From assembly GCA_946965045.2 (NCBI GenBank), contig OX337228.1, positions 6,820,001 through 6,884,000 on the forward strand: a DNA stretch of 64,000 nt. The letters are read 5' to 3'. The notes beneath the pieces were generated by a model. It was not told the DNA's origin, made no database searches, and saw only the letters and a program-made list of their open reading frames with translations. The stretch is from Epithemia pelagica (taxonomy: Eukaryota; Protista; Bacillariophyta). Position numbers and translations under genes: made by a program. This document shows positions 1 to 12,300 of the stretch, piece by piece. Position 1 is the first letter of the stretch. Each line of letters opens with the position of its first letter.

Positions 1-4
1 TCAA

Positions 5-1360
5 GTGTTGGCAAAAGTCGAAGATTTGCGAAAACAAGTGAATGACTTGCAAAAAAATGAAATTGCTCCCCGCAAAAAGAAAAAGGAAAATTGCGATGAA
101 CTCGTGGCGCAGATGAAGTCCATGCAACAGAACATTAAGGACACGGAAGCGAGTATTCCAGAGATTGTGGACAAACGAGACAAGTTGTTGGGTCGGATTG
201 GCAACCTCGTGGATCCAGAAGTGCCCATTTCCAAAGACGAAGATGCTGACAATTTGGTAGTGGCCGTGTCTCCCGAACCACCCCAACTCAAGGACAATCC
301 CGACTTGTTGCCCTGTCCTCTCGGTACCTTGGAGTATACCTTACCGCCCACGGCGCCCTTGACGCACGACGATTTGTTGTGGCGCATTCAGGGCTACGAG
401 CCGGTGCGGGGTCAAAATGTGGGCGGCCATCGAGCCTACTTTTTGCGCGATGCCGGTGTCCTCTTGAATCAAGCCATTATTAATTATGGCATTTCCTTCT
501 TGTCGGCACGGGGGTACAACATTTTGCAACCACCCTTTATGATGAACAAGGAGGTCATGGCCTCTATCGCGCAATTGGAAGACTTTGATGAACAATTGTA
601 CAAGGTCTCGGGAAAGACGGATGATCCGAACGGATCTTCCGAAAAGTATTTGATTGCCACGTCGGAACAACCCATTTGTGCCTATCACAAGAACGATTGG
701 ATTGATCCCAAGGAATTGCCCTTGCGTTATGCGGGAATTTCCACGTGTTTCCGGAAAGAAGCGGGCAGTTCGGGACGAGATATTCGAGGCATTTTTCGAG
801 TTCATCAATTTGAAAAGATTGAACAATTCTGTTTGACCACCGATGACTTTGCCGTCAGTCAAGAAGAACAAAAACGCATGTTGCAAGTCGCCAAGGACTT
901 TTATACCAGTTTGGGCATTGGATATCGTGTGGTTTGTATCGTGTCCGGTGAACTGAATGATGCTGCTGTCAAAAAATACGATTTGGAGGGATGGTTTCCC
1001 GGACAAAAAACCTATCGCGAATTGGTCTCGTGTTCCAATTGTACCGATTATCAAGCTCGAGGTGTTGGTGTCCGATGTGGTCATGCCACAACACAAGAAT
1101 CCAAGAATGACCGCAAGTCGTACTGTCACATGCTCAATTCGACCCTGTGTGCCACGGGAAGAGGCATTTGTTGTATCTTGGAAACCTACCAAACGCCAGA
1201 CGGTGTCATTGTCCCCGAAGTCTTGCGTCCCTTTATGGGAGGCAAGGAATTCTTACCCTTTATCCGAGGTCCACCGGAAGCCACCAAGGGAGAGAAAAAA
1301 GAAAAACCAGCCAAAGGTGGAGGAGACAAGAAGAAGAAGAACGATGCCAAACAGAAATAA
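5..1360 (+). CDS. serS: Seryl-tRNA synthetase (cytosolic type), 5' end outside the window
   Basis: Class II SerRS motifs YLIATSEQPICAYH, TCFRKEAGSSGRDIRGIFRVHQFEKIEQF, RELVSCSNCTDYQAR and HMLNSTLCAT, plus an N-terminal coiled-coil arm and a Lys-rich C-terminal tail. Confidence 0.97.
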   Translation: MLAKVEDLRKQVNDLQKNEIAPRKKKKENCDELVAQMKSMQQNIKDTEASIPEIVDKRDKLLGRIGNLVDPEVPISKDEDADNLVVAVSPEPPQLKDNPDLLPCPLGTLEYTLPPTAPLTHDDLLWRIQGYEPVRGQNVGGHRAYFLRDAGVLLNQAIINYGISFLSARGYNILQPPFMMNKEVMASIAQLEDFDEQLYKVSGKTDDPNGSSEKYLIATSEQPICAYHKNDWIDPKELPLRYAGISTCFRKEAGSSGRDIRGIFRVHQFEKIEQFCLTTDDFAVSQEEQKRMLQVAKDFYTSLGIGYRVVCIVSGELNDAAVKKYDLEGWFPGQKTYRELVSCSNCTDYQARGVGVRCGHATTQESKNDRKSYCHMLNSTLCATGRGICCILETYQTPDGVIVPEVLRPFMGGKEFLPFIRGPPEATKGEKKEKPAKGGGDKKKKNDAKQK

Positions 1361-1614
1361 TAATTAAGACAACGTCCAATCGGTTTGGGGAATCGTTGAC
1401 AGAATATAGTAAAGCCCTTCTATCGTATAAAGATACTCTCCATGTTGTACTTAACCGGATATATATAGCTACATCTAGCATAGTGTCCACCGCGAGGAAC
1501 CGGATTGCGGTTTAGCTTGGTCCATTGTGTCTCTCTCTTTCTCTCTCTCGTTTGTCCACTGCAATAACCATCATCCAACGACCCTATATTATTACCATTC
1601 TCTTGTTCTTTTCG

Positions 1615-4600
1615 TTAAATACCATCTTCATCGTCATCTCCCACATCTCCATACCGCCACATGCCGGACCGCGATTTACGTGCCACTTGTTCCATCTCTT
1701 GCAATTGTCCGGCCAATTGAGATATGACGGAACCATCCACCATGCGGGCTGCCAAAGCCTCCACAGCAGGTGATTTGGCCACACGTGCGAGACCGGCGCC
1801 AATCAGTTCGGCATTGACCAGTGTCCCCGTGGTTTCTTCCAAGGTGGCGGCCATTTTCCCGGTATCAGGATCGGGTCCCAAGAGACGAATCGTGACATCC
1901 TTGCCCCAACAGGAACCTTGCAACCATCGTGCGGCATCGACCCCTTCATCGGTATTCAAGGATCGACAGACGGTCAAGGCCAAGACGGCTTCCTTGGCCA
2001 CGGGTGGGATTCGGTCCGGTGTCAAGTCCACATCCAAGGGCCGCAAATGCGTGGCCACGGGTACGGTCGCTAGATTTCCATGATCCAAAAACAAGACGGA
2101 AACCTTGGTTGGACCCTTTTTTTCCACCACCTTGGCCCGATACCAACACTTGCCGGTACCGTCATCAAACAAGGCGGCCACAGCCTTGCCCACTTTGGGA
2201 TCACAGGGCGCTCCGGCGATACCGTATTTGGTGGTAAACTTTTTCATGCTTTCATCCATGACTTGAGGGGCGGGATCGTCGGATTGGTGATAGAAAAAGT
2301 GATTGCCGGCCCGAATTTCACTGAGACGAACCGTGGCCGTGACAGGTTTGAGTTTTTCCACTGTTTTCACCACCACTTTTTCGGGAGCCTCTTGTTCCAA
2401 GGACCAGACGCCCACCTTGTTGGCTTGCGCCGTGGCTTGGGCATCGATCAAGGATTTGGGTGCTTCTCCATAATCAATTTTGCGTTGATCGACCGTGGCC
2501 AGACCGGATCCAATGAGTTCCATGGTATAATCCCGACGCTGCGCACCAAAGCCGGCAAACATGGCTCCTTGAATGATACCACTGTTGGTGACGCTTTTGC
2601 AATCAATTTCCACTTGACGTTGCATCAAATGCAAACGGGCATGTCTCTTGGATTCTTCTCCAAAGGGCTCGGCGGCCTTGTTGGTCAATTTGCTGGCCGG
2701 TGCCGGTGCTCGAATGCCTTCGGGAGAGAACCGGATAAAGCAATTTTCTCCCACGACATGAAGCTTGAAGAGGGCTCCGTTAAAGACATGGTCGACGACC
2801 GCCTTGAGTGTCTTGGCTCGAATGAGGGATCCGGAATAGGATTTGGCCTTGCGGGGATCGGTCAAATCGTTAATGGCTCCACGTTTGTATTCGGCCGACG
2901 AATGCAAGCCCTTTTTGGCTTCCTTGGCGGTGGCTTCTGCCAAGACCAAATCATCGTACCGAGGCGACTTGTCATCTTCATCCCGATGACGTTGCGTCGT
3001 GGCCAATCCTTCTCGACACAGGACTTCGGCCAGATCGGCATGTTTGCCAATGGAGACGGTTCCAAAGGCTCGCTTTTCCAGGACATTGGGTTGAATGGGA
3101 ATTTCCCGTTCGTAGTGGACTTGAATTTTGACGGGTCGTCCAATGGCCAAGGTCCGTAACCGTTCTTTGCATTCATGCGCATAGGGTTCATCGGGTCGAT
3201 TGGCTCGTTCATTGCCGACCCGGGGTGCCCGAATGGAGGCCAAGGACAATTTCAGGAGATCGGTTTCGGCATTGTAGGGTTTGCCATCGGGCAAGACCAA
3301 TAGGGTATCTCCACTTTGAATTTCCACCACTGTGCCTTGAATTTCCGAAGCACTCGACAAGACGGGTGGTGCATACGAAGTCCAGACCCCCAAACAGGAT
3401 CGTTTGGCGGTATTTTCCGCCACGCGCAGTGCGGGGACCTGGGCCGGTGCCAAGAGTCGCACCGACCAATCCGTCATGCGTGCCAATCCCACCTTGAGCA
3501 ATTCGACGGTAATATTTCCCTTGGGATGATGAACGGTACCGACCGCGGAGGCTCCCGATTTGTCGGTGCCAATCAAGGAAATGGGCAATTCGCGTTGCAA
3601 CAATCGCACGTGTGTAAATTGCCGGGCTTGTTCCGAACAGGCTTCGGCCGGAACGGGAGGATCGGCCTTGGGATTGCCGAGACGGGGACACGTAATACCA
3701 GCCAAGAGCAGAGTAAAATTGGCATAAAGAAACTCACTGCCCAGGTCGGTATCAATGACTTGACAGCGCATGCGACTGCCATCAAAGACATGTTCGACGA
3801 CACAGGTCATTTTGCCTCCCTCTCGACCCTTTTTCTGACAGGCTTCCACCAAGGCCAATGTGGCAAAATGTTCCACAGCATTTTTGACCGGTCGCACCAA
3901 GGGACGTTCGGCATGAATGCCACGCTGCTGATCTTGGGCTTCCTTGTAGGCCTGTAACAAGGCTTGTTCGTATTCTTGTTCGGGGGTCAATTCTTCACCC
4001 TCCTCGTTGGTAGTGTTGTTGGTGTTGGTTGGTTCTGATTTGTTGTTGTTGTTGTTGGTTTGGTACTTGACCGCTTTGGGTGTGGCATGTCCCTGTCGGA
4101 CACATTCCACTGCCAAATTGGTAGTACTACTGTTGTTGGTGGTGTTGGACTCGCCGTCCTCAGTCAACAAGAGCCATCCATAGACTCGATCTCCCGCCGA
4201 AGCACCTTGTTTCAAGGTTTGAAAGCGGACCGATTTGCCCACCACCAATTTCCGAAGCCATTCACGAGCCGGAAAGGCACCGGGTTCATCGGAAGGAGTA
4301 CTCTTGCTCGCCAAACGCTAATCATACCATCCAGTAAGTCATAAAAACGATCAAAGACAAGAACCAGTAGTAGTAGGAGTCGAAAAAGAAGAACAAAGCA
4401 ACGAAACCAAACAGAAAATGCCATTGACAGCCAAACATGTGTAAGAGAGAGAGACCACACACACCCACTCGCGCACCGGACCGGACCGTCGCCGCAACAA
4501 AAAGCACAAACACCAGCACAAAAGCATAAGCACACATACCGGAGCCATGACGGACGAAAAGGTAAAGAGTACGACCGGTGGAGGTTGATTGGGTCCTTTG

Positions 4601-4776
4601 GGTCGTCCCAACAATACCACCGTGTCACCGGACAGGACCGATTGGACTCGTGCCACACCTTGTTTGGGCAACACAATGGCCTTGTTGGCAGTGGCAGTGG
4701 CAGTGCCAGCAGCATCGCTGGATGGTTTGGATGCCACACCAGCAGCAGAAGGTTCTTTCGGAGCTGTCGAAGACAT
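1615..4776 (-). CDS. SND1: Tudor staphylococcal nuclease (Tudor-SN/p100), 2 exons
   Basis: Repeated SNase domains (VQSVLSGDTVVL, VEHVFDGSR, VEIQSGDTL, SIRAPR...DEPYAHECKERLR) and a Tudor domain (WYRAKVV...VLFLDHGN). Exon 1 runs 4776-4540. A GTATGT...TAG intron (4539-4318) joins AP to RLASK in frame. Confidence 0.95.
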
Positions 4777-5189
4777 GATGATGATGATGATGATGAGAAA
4801 GGGAATGGAGAGGAGATCGAATAGAACCAAGAGGAGAGAGAGTGTCAACCGAGAGAGAGACAAGAACTAACAATGACCTCTCACGCAGTATATATCGAAA
4901 ACTATGCTACGAGATCTTTCTCGTTTTGTGGTTAAAGATCTCGACCGATCTTGACTATGGAAAAACCAGTACCCAAAGGATCGGGTATATTTGCGCGACC
5001 CGAAGGCGATCAAAAAGTGATTCTGATAGGGTTAAGGATAAATCTCTCGCGCGATTGCAGTCGCGGACGCCGCGGAGGTTCTCTCGCACTCTCGCACTCT
5101 CGCACTCTCCACTGTTTTTGGTTCATTTGTCGTCTCCGAGATTGAACAGAACCATTAACCTTGCAAGTGATACTACAATCCTTCGTTCG

Positions 5190-5225
<36 letters not shown>

Positions 5226-5369
5226 TCTCACTTTTGGAAATTCGTTCCGGCACTCCAACAACAACAACAAGAACCTTGGGGGTGTTGTTCCCTTTCTCGA
5301 GTTGAGAGACTTGGGAACCGTTTCGGCACACACACACACACAGACACACTGCCGAACCAATAGACCACC
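4777..5369. promoter_or_regulatory. Divergent intergenic region with (ATG)n, (CTCTCGCA)x3, (CT)n and (CA)n simple repeats
   Basis: Lies between head-to-head start codons at 4776(-) and 5370(+). CTCTCGCA x3 at 5081-5104, CT run about 5183-5222, CA run about 5327-5342. Confidence 0.55.
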
Positions 5370-6265
5370 ATGAGACGTCCCCGACGAACCGGTGAGGCGG
5401 GACACCGGAGTCATCCTTCCAATTCCAATCATCCCAATGGTGGTGGAGCATCGTCATCCTCCTTGTCGTCGTCTCGCAATTGGATCCAGGTAGCACCCTT
5501 GGATTCCAGTCACAATCAAGACCTTCCCTGTTGTCGAGCCTTGCAAGACATTGCGCAGCACTTGTTGCCCGTACCACCCCGTTCTTCATCTTCATCCTCC
5601 AGTGTGGTGGATTCTTTGTCGGTGCCGTCCCCAACGGAAAAAGACCATCACCACCCAACCAAGACGACTAATACGACTGCCACCCACGACCATCGGACCC
5701 GAAACGGTCGAACCAACACACACACTGGCAAACCGTCCAAACCCAGCAACAGCCATTCCTCCAACAACCACAACCACAACCACAACAATACCAGTCATTC
5801 GCAAGGCTTTGCCACCATGGTCCAAGCGTTTTTGTGGCACCATTATTCTTTTCACACCACCACCAACAACAGCAACCACAAGACTCGACTGGAAGAAGAA
5901 GGAGGACCAGCACCACCACCCGAATCATCCAGTACAACGTTAGATCCTCTGGTTGTTGTTTCTTCGGCCGCGAATCGAAAAAAGAAGCGCAAAAAGAAAA
6001 AGAAACCCAAAAAGCAGCAGCAACAACAACCAGAACAACAACGGAATGGTCCAGGAGTGGAGGACGAGGACGACCCCGACGAGGAGGGAGGAGGAGAGGA
6101 AGAAGAAGCAGAAGCTGAAACTTCACCGCCACCACAACAACAGCATGCAAAGCAATCGAATGCCCCGGAGCATGGTGGTGATCAACCATCGGGTGCTCCT
6201 CCTCCCAAACCCAACGACACTCCAACGGTATCATCACCAGTGGACGTTTCCTCCGAGACCAATCC

Positions 6266-6342
<77 letters not shown>

Positions 6343-9275
6343 GCAGCAGCAAAAGTACGGGGAGCCGAACCGAAGATCGCGATTGGTGGATGCAGTGCTA
6401 TTTGGATCGGGTCGCAGCAGCAGCCTCCTGCGAGCCCTCCCCAAAACCACCACCCTCACCTATTTGTCCCAATGGTGCTGGAATGAAAGAATTTTTGCAA
6501 GTCTTGTCCACCAAAGGATTACGGCCCCCTCCGGCGTCTGCTTCACAGCAACCAGTGACAACGAATCCAACCCCTCGTGGTGGGCCCCGAAAAGGAACGA
6601 CGGCTGCGAATCCAAGCGAATTGGAGTTTCATGTTTCCCACAAGGATGTGGAGGGATTGGCCTCCCGCATTGAATGTTATTCCTGTCGGTCTCGCGTCCA
6701 ACAAATTCTCTCGAATACGAGCAAAATTCCGTTGGTGTCAATGACGGCTATGCGGCAAGGCGATTCCACCCAATTGGTCAATCCACACCATGACTACAAT
6801 GAGGAGGAGGAAGAAGAAGAAGAAGACGAAGAGCATCCCTTTGATTATGTCGCCATGGAAGAAGGAACGGCCATTCCCCTGAACGACGACGACAAGACAG
6901 ACTCAAAACGACAACAGGAGGACGAGGCGTTGTTGGTATTGCAAGCTGTCAAAACAGAATCTGGAGAAACGGTGGGATGGCGTCTGTGCAAGAACACAAC
7001 AACAACAGCAGAAACTGTACCAACCAAAGGAGAGATCTTGCCATTACAAACAGTGGACGAGTCGTTGCTTTTGACGGAAGACGACTTTTCCTTCTTGCTG
7101 CGAGAATTTTTCTTGCTTCCAGCGGTATCCTACGATCAATGGGTGGGGGCCTGTGATGCAACTACCCTGAGTGCCGAAAAGATCAAGACGATTCAAGAAG
7201 AGGTCAACATCCGGTATACCAACACGCTTCAAGAACTTACGGAATGCATGCAGGCATTGCAACTACAACAAGACAAACTCGTAGACTGCGAAACACAAAT
7301 GAACTATGGAGCAGCCGATCCAGAGAATACTGGTGGATTCTTGTCGTCGTCGTCGGATCTGGGTACCGGTCCAGACACGATCGATATGAAGAGTCCAATG
7401 ACACTGAACGAAATAGACTCGGGCGTGTGTGGACTTTTGGGAAAACTCTTGCGCATCGTCCTTCAGGTTACGCATGCCTATCAAGATGTCATGCTTCAAT
7501 GGAATGGCACCAGTGCATCTGGTACTCCCCGACCCTCCTCCTTGTCTCGGTTCCAACGATTTCCATCCTTTCTGTTGGGCCAGCCGCACGCCATGTTTGC
7601 CCTCTGGCATGTGTACCTAGACGCCTTTGCCCGAATCGTACAAGCCACGACCGTGTACGAAACCAAGTTGTTGGAATTGGCGGATCGACAAGGTGTTCTC
7701 AAACCATTCTTTTTGTGTAAAAAGTCTCGTCATCTCTTGACCGATCATGTGCAAGCCAAAATCAAGATTGTACTGGATGCGATTGAAAGTGTTCGCAAAA
7801 AGTTGGATGTCCAAAAGGATGCCTACCATACTCCGGCCAAGGTGTACCGGCCCACCTTTTTGCGTTCCATCTTGACGCAGCAAGTCTTGCTCAAAGAAGT
7901 TCGTACCAATGTGACGCATGGTCCACAGTTTTCCGTTGCCGTGTCGGAACGTCTCAAAGAGTTGGGAGACCGATGCGAAGATGTTTTGGACGAGATTCGA
8001 TCGTCTTGGATCGAAAATGTAACACGAAACGCCATTGCTCAATTTGAGGAAGTGTATCAAGGGAAATGGGGAAAACTGACTCGCATTCTGGGAACGGCAC
8101 GAGACAAATTGAAATTAGATGGCATGACAAAAGTTCAGCTGGACGAAGAGAATGCCAATGATCTCAAACGTCTCGACAATGTGTTGGAGCAGATTTCCAC
8201 GAGGGGCGATGATTCACAGTTGGGTCATGGTTTGCGAATGGAGATTGTCCCTGCTGTGGAAGCCATGGTTCGCCAGTGGATCCTTCAAAGTACAGCAAGT
8301 TATGGTTCCATCAGTGTCAAAGGCCCCGCGACAAGTAGCGTCTCGCCCAAACCACTAATCATGCCGCTTCGACTGATCCAGTGGATGTCGTTAGAAGAAC
8401 AATCGGACCGTCTTTCCTCACGGAATCGTTGTCATGGTACAGATGGTTCGTTCCGCGCCACGTGCATTCTCATGACATGTTTCTTTGAGTGGTTGGTGGA
8501 ACACTTCAACGAATGGCAAGCCGAATTGGCGGAACATGAATTGTTGGAGACCATGGGTAGTAGTGCAGATCTCGATGCGGCATCCACCAATATCGACAAT
8601 GGCCATGCCACCACTTTGTCCTCCACGGTCGCTGTCAAGAAAAAGGCCAAGAAAAAGCGTGGAAAAGCATCGCAGAAAGCCAAACCAGAAGAGCCCACAA
8701 AGGTACATTCGGAACAGAATGATTCCGAAGAACCAACCGAGACGGAAAAACACGGCCCTGGTGTCTTGGCCAAAGAGGTGGATTCCGAAACGCAGTCGAC
8801 GGTAGACTCAGCACACGATGCTGCAATGGTGAGCTCTCGGGTAGACGAACCGGTGAATCCTTTGGTCGTGGACTCTTGCGACCCGCAAACGATGGAACCA
8901 AAAGAAGAAGAAGGAGTGACAAGCAAGGAGGTATTTTCCGCATGTGCTCCAAGCGACGACGCTGACAAAGGACACAAGGACAATAATGGTCCCACGAATG
9001 GTCACAAGAAATCCACCAGCGATCATGAGATTGTGACTGATTCTGGCACAAACGGTGTCAAAACAGATGAAGCGAGTCAAAGCTTTGACAAAAATGGTTC
9101 AGCATCTTTTAATGAACATTCGACGGAACCCACTGAACCAGAAAAGGAAGACGAAGGAACAACGATCGGAGTGTTGGATGGTTCCACTTTCATTCCTGCT
9201 AACGAGTTCTTGCTCCAGCGCTTGCTAGATGTTCTGGAAGGACCTGACGACGGATATCCAGTTGTTCACCTCTAG
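5370..9275 (+). CDS. Hypothetical 1301-aa protein with low-complexity N-terminus, poly-Asn and a helical middle region
   Basis: Uninterrupted 3.9-kb ORF from ATG to TAG. No domain recognised; a CxxC motif (ECYSC) and Lys-rich NLS-like runs are present. Confidence 0.75.
6267..6341 (+). repeat. (AAC)25 microsatellite encoding poly-Asn
   Basis: Perfect trinucleotide run in frame with the 5370-9275 ORF. Confidence 0.95.
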
Positions 9276-9355
9276 ATCTATAATGAACTAGCATTTTTGC
9301 GGGGTTTGGGGAAACCCTCTAGATAAGCATATGTTCATAATATTTACTAGTAGAC

Positions 9356-12300
9356 TTACTTTCGCGTCACGGATTTGAGTAATCGGAAAAAGCCGGGCCT
9401 CCTTTTCTCGGAAGCGTTTGATCCATCAACCGACTCACCTTGGTCGTCGTTCCGATGAGGATCAAAGTACTGGGTCTCCGCTTCTTCCAGCATGGCGAGT
9501 TTCTTGGCTGTAGCAAGGGAGCGTTCATCAGAGGATCCAAACGCGTCGCTCTGCATATGATACATGCGTCGTAGAAGCTGAAAAATTGTTTGATGTAAAA
9601 TGAGTGGTTGTGTTCCATATATTGTGTCACAATGAAAAGGCGATCTCAAGACTTACCCGTACTGCTTTGTCTTTGTGCCCAGCAAATATTTGAGCAACAA
9701 CTAGATGGTCCATGGTAGCAATGAGTGTTGGGTGTGCATCGCGAAGAAGCAGTTGTTGGTTGTGAATCGCATATTCCAAGGATTGTATTGCCGAATTGTG
9801 ATTGCGCGCCACCAGGGCCAAGTAGCCGATATTGGACTTGATGACGGAAAGATTGAGGGTGGCAGAGTGACACGAATATCGAGCGCCCGCATAAAGGGAA
9901 TGTTCCAGCGCAACAGTTTGGGCCTCGAATGATTCCATAAAGTAAGAACCTGCCTTTTCGCTGTCTCCTTTGGAATAGTAGAGACAGCCAAGATTGTTGT
10001 AGATTTCAGCCATTTGGCGTTGTTCTGAAAGGGATCGACCTCCTTGTTTTGATTGAATCAGTGATTCCTCTAATATTGTCATGGCTTCCGTTTCCTGTCC
10101 AAGAGCAATGTGACAAGTAGCAGCCTTAACATTCGAAGCCTGAAGAAAAGACAAATAATATGGATGAGAGGCCAAAGCTTGTATGTTGGGCGAAAAAAGA
10201 ACCAGGTATAGCTTACCAGGTGATCCGTGTGTCCAACACCGAGAGATGATGCTCGTTTTGCGGCAGCCCTCTCAAAATGGTTGTACGCTTCTTTAGGCTT
10301 TTTCATCAAAAGATAAATAATACCAATGTTATGGAGACAGCTGGCAATGTGAGAAGTAAAGAGAGCAACTTGGCCATCCAGCTGCTCTACCGTCGTATTT
10401 TGTTGGAGACATGTTTCAAAATGAGTATAATAAGTCTCGACGATATCTTCCCATAGATGCAGTGCATCCTCTAGGTCGTCGTACTTGAGATGTTCAAGGG
10501 CGGATTTCTGAGAAGCGGCTACACTTTCCATACCTCCAACTACCCGAACATCGTCAACATCAACTAAAACTGACGTTCGACCTTTCGAAGGGGTGTTGGG
10601 TTGCCGCTCCAACTTCTGACGAAGCCATTTCGTATCAGAATTTTGTCTCATGGTGCGACATCTCCAGACGGCTTCTTCCATCGCTGTGTCTATATTTTCA
10701 CTGAGAAGTGATATCATGATGTCGCCTTTCTGAATACCAATGTCATTGTTCAGTTGTTGAACATGGACTGGCTTTTCAAAAGAATCTGATTTGTAAGCGG
10801 AACCCACTCGTTTGCGTTTCTCTGTTGTAGAGAAGGAACCATGATCGGATTGTACCTTTTGTTTTGAGCCAATAGGAGTTAAAGTCAACTCAAGATCTTT
10901 GACCATCGAATCTATGGATTCAATGAGCGACCCAACGTCGGCTGAAACCTGAGAAGTACTCGTCTCGTCCAGCCGGTCATGCGCCGACAACATGCTCTCC
11001 ATTGGAGAAACACGGCTGGTGTAATCATGGGAGACAACAGGTCTCTGTACCTGCGATCGAGGAATATCGGAATGTGTGCGTCTCATTGGGTGGCTGGAGA
11101 AGGCTTGTTCTTCAATTTTGGGGCTGTAGTCTACAGAATGTGTAGAGCGATGCAAAAAGGACGTGGATTCCTTTGGAGCTGTTTTGACCCCTCCCAATGA
11201 TGAAGAGCTTTTTCCTGTGCGACGAGGTTTGACAGAACCGTTACCACCCACAGAACTGATATTTGGTGTCGTCCCAGGTGCATCACGGGCCGCCGTCTGC
11301 GTCGTTTCTCCCGACCTTTCTAACCTTTCTGCCAGCCACGATGCGTCCTCGTCAATAACCTGTTGGTCGCCATGACTGACTCGTTCTGGCAACCGTTGCT
11401 CAATGGGGGTTTGTGGATCACGGGCATGGAGTCTTTGCGCAAGCCACGAAGCATCGTCATCTAGCATGGGTTCAGAGGACAAAGATCCACTTTGTTGCGT
11501 TACAGAAGCATTGCTGTCCTGTATGACAGAATCCGTACCACCAGAAAGTCCATGGTCTTTGTCCTGGTACCGGTCCGCTTGCATTGGAGGATGTGGCTGT
11601 GTGTCGGACGCCACAAACGATCGATGGGCTCTTTCTTGCTTTTCTTGGCGCATAATCCTAGGGCTACGGTCCATTAGTGGTGTCGCATTGGTGTTTATCC
11701 GTCCCTCATCTTCCCACTTCTTTTCTTCTCGTACCGTTCCCCCATATGGGCCAGCCGACTGTTTGTTTGTACCAGTGAAAGAGCAGGTAGAGCGACGATA
11801 GGGCGACCGTGTGCTACTTTCTGCCATAATATCATTGGCATGAGATAAAGAGGATGAACGGCGATCAGGACTGTGACGTGAGGGGCTCAATGGGGCAGCA
11901 GGGCGAGGAACCTGAAGAAGATCCTGCGATCTTCCGAGTGAATCTGTCATGACTTCATCACCATTGAATGTCAGGGAGGAAGAATCCATGACGCGATCGG
12001 AATAGACATTCGGCTCAGCGGTTGAGGGATTCGAAGCTGGAGGAATGGGACTTTGCATGTCCAACGCTTGTTGTGGAGTGGAATAGAGAGACGGACCACC
12101 ACCATGAGATGAGCGAGCGGAACCGGTCATGTCTGGATGGATGCGTGTGGAAGGTGTTGATCGAACAGTTGATACCGCAAGACTTGGATCCATTGCTTCA
12201 TGGTCCAATCGATTCTCCACTCCTACTGCTTGAGGTGTTGTGAGACCATGACGAGCAATCAAGGGACTGTGTTCGTCTTCCGGGCCATGTTCCTGGTTCA

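Noticed and set aside
2080-3957. Long antisense or alternate-frame ORFs overlapping SND1 (and similarly 341-1192, 36376-38154 and others in the ORF track)
   Set aside because: They are shadows of real coding frames caused by codon bias and low stop frequency, with no independent protein motifs.
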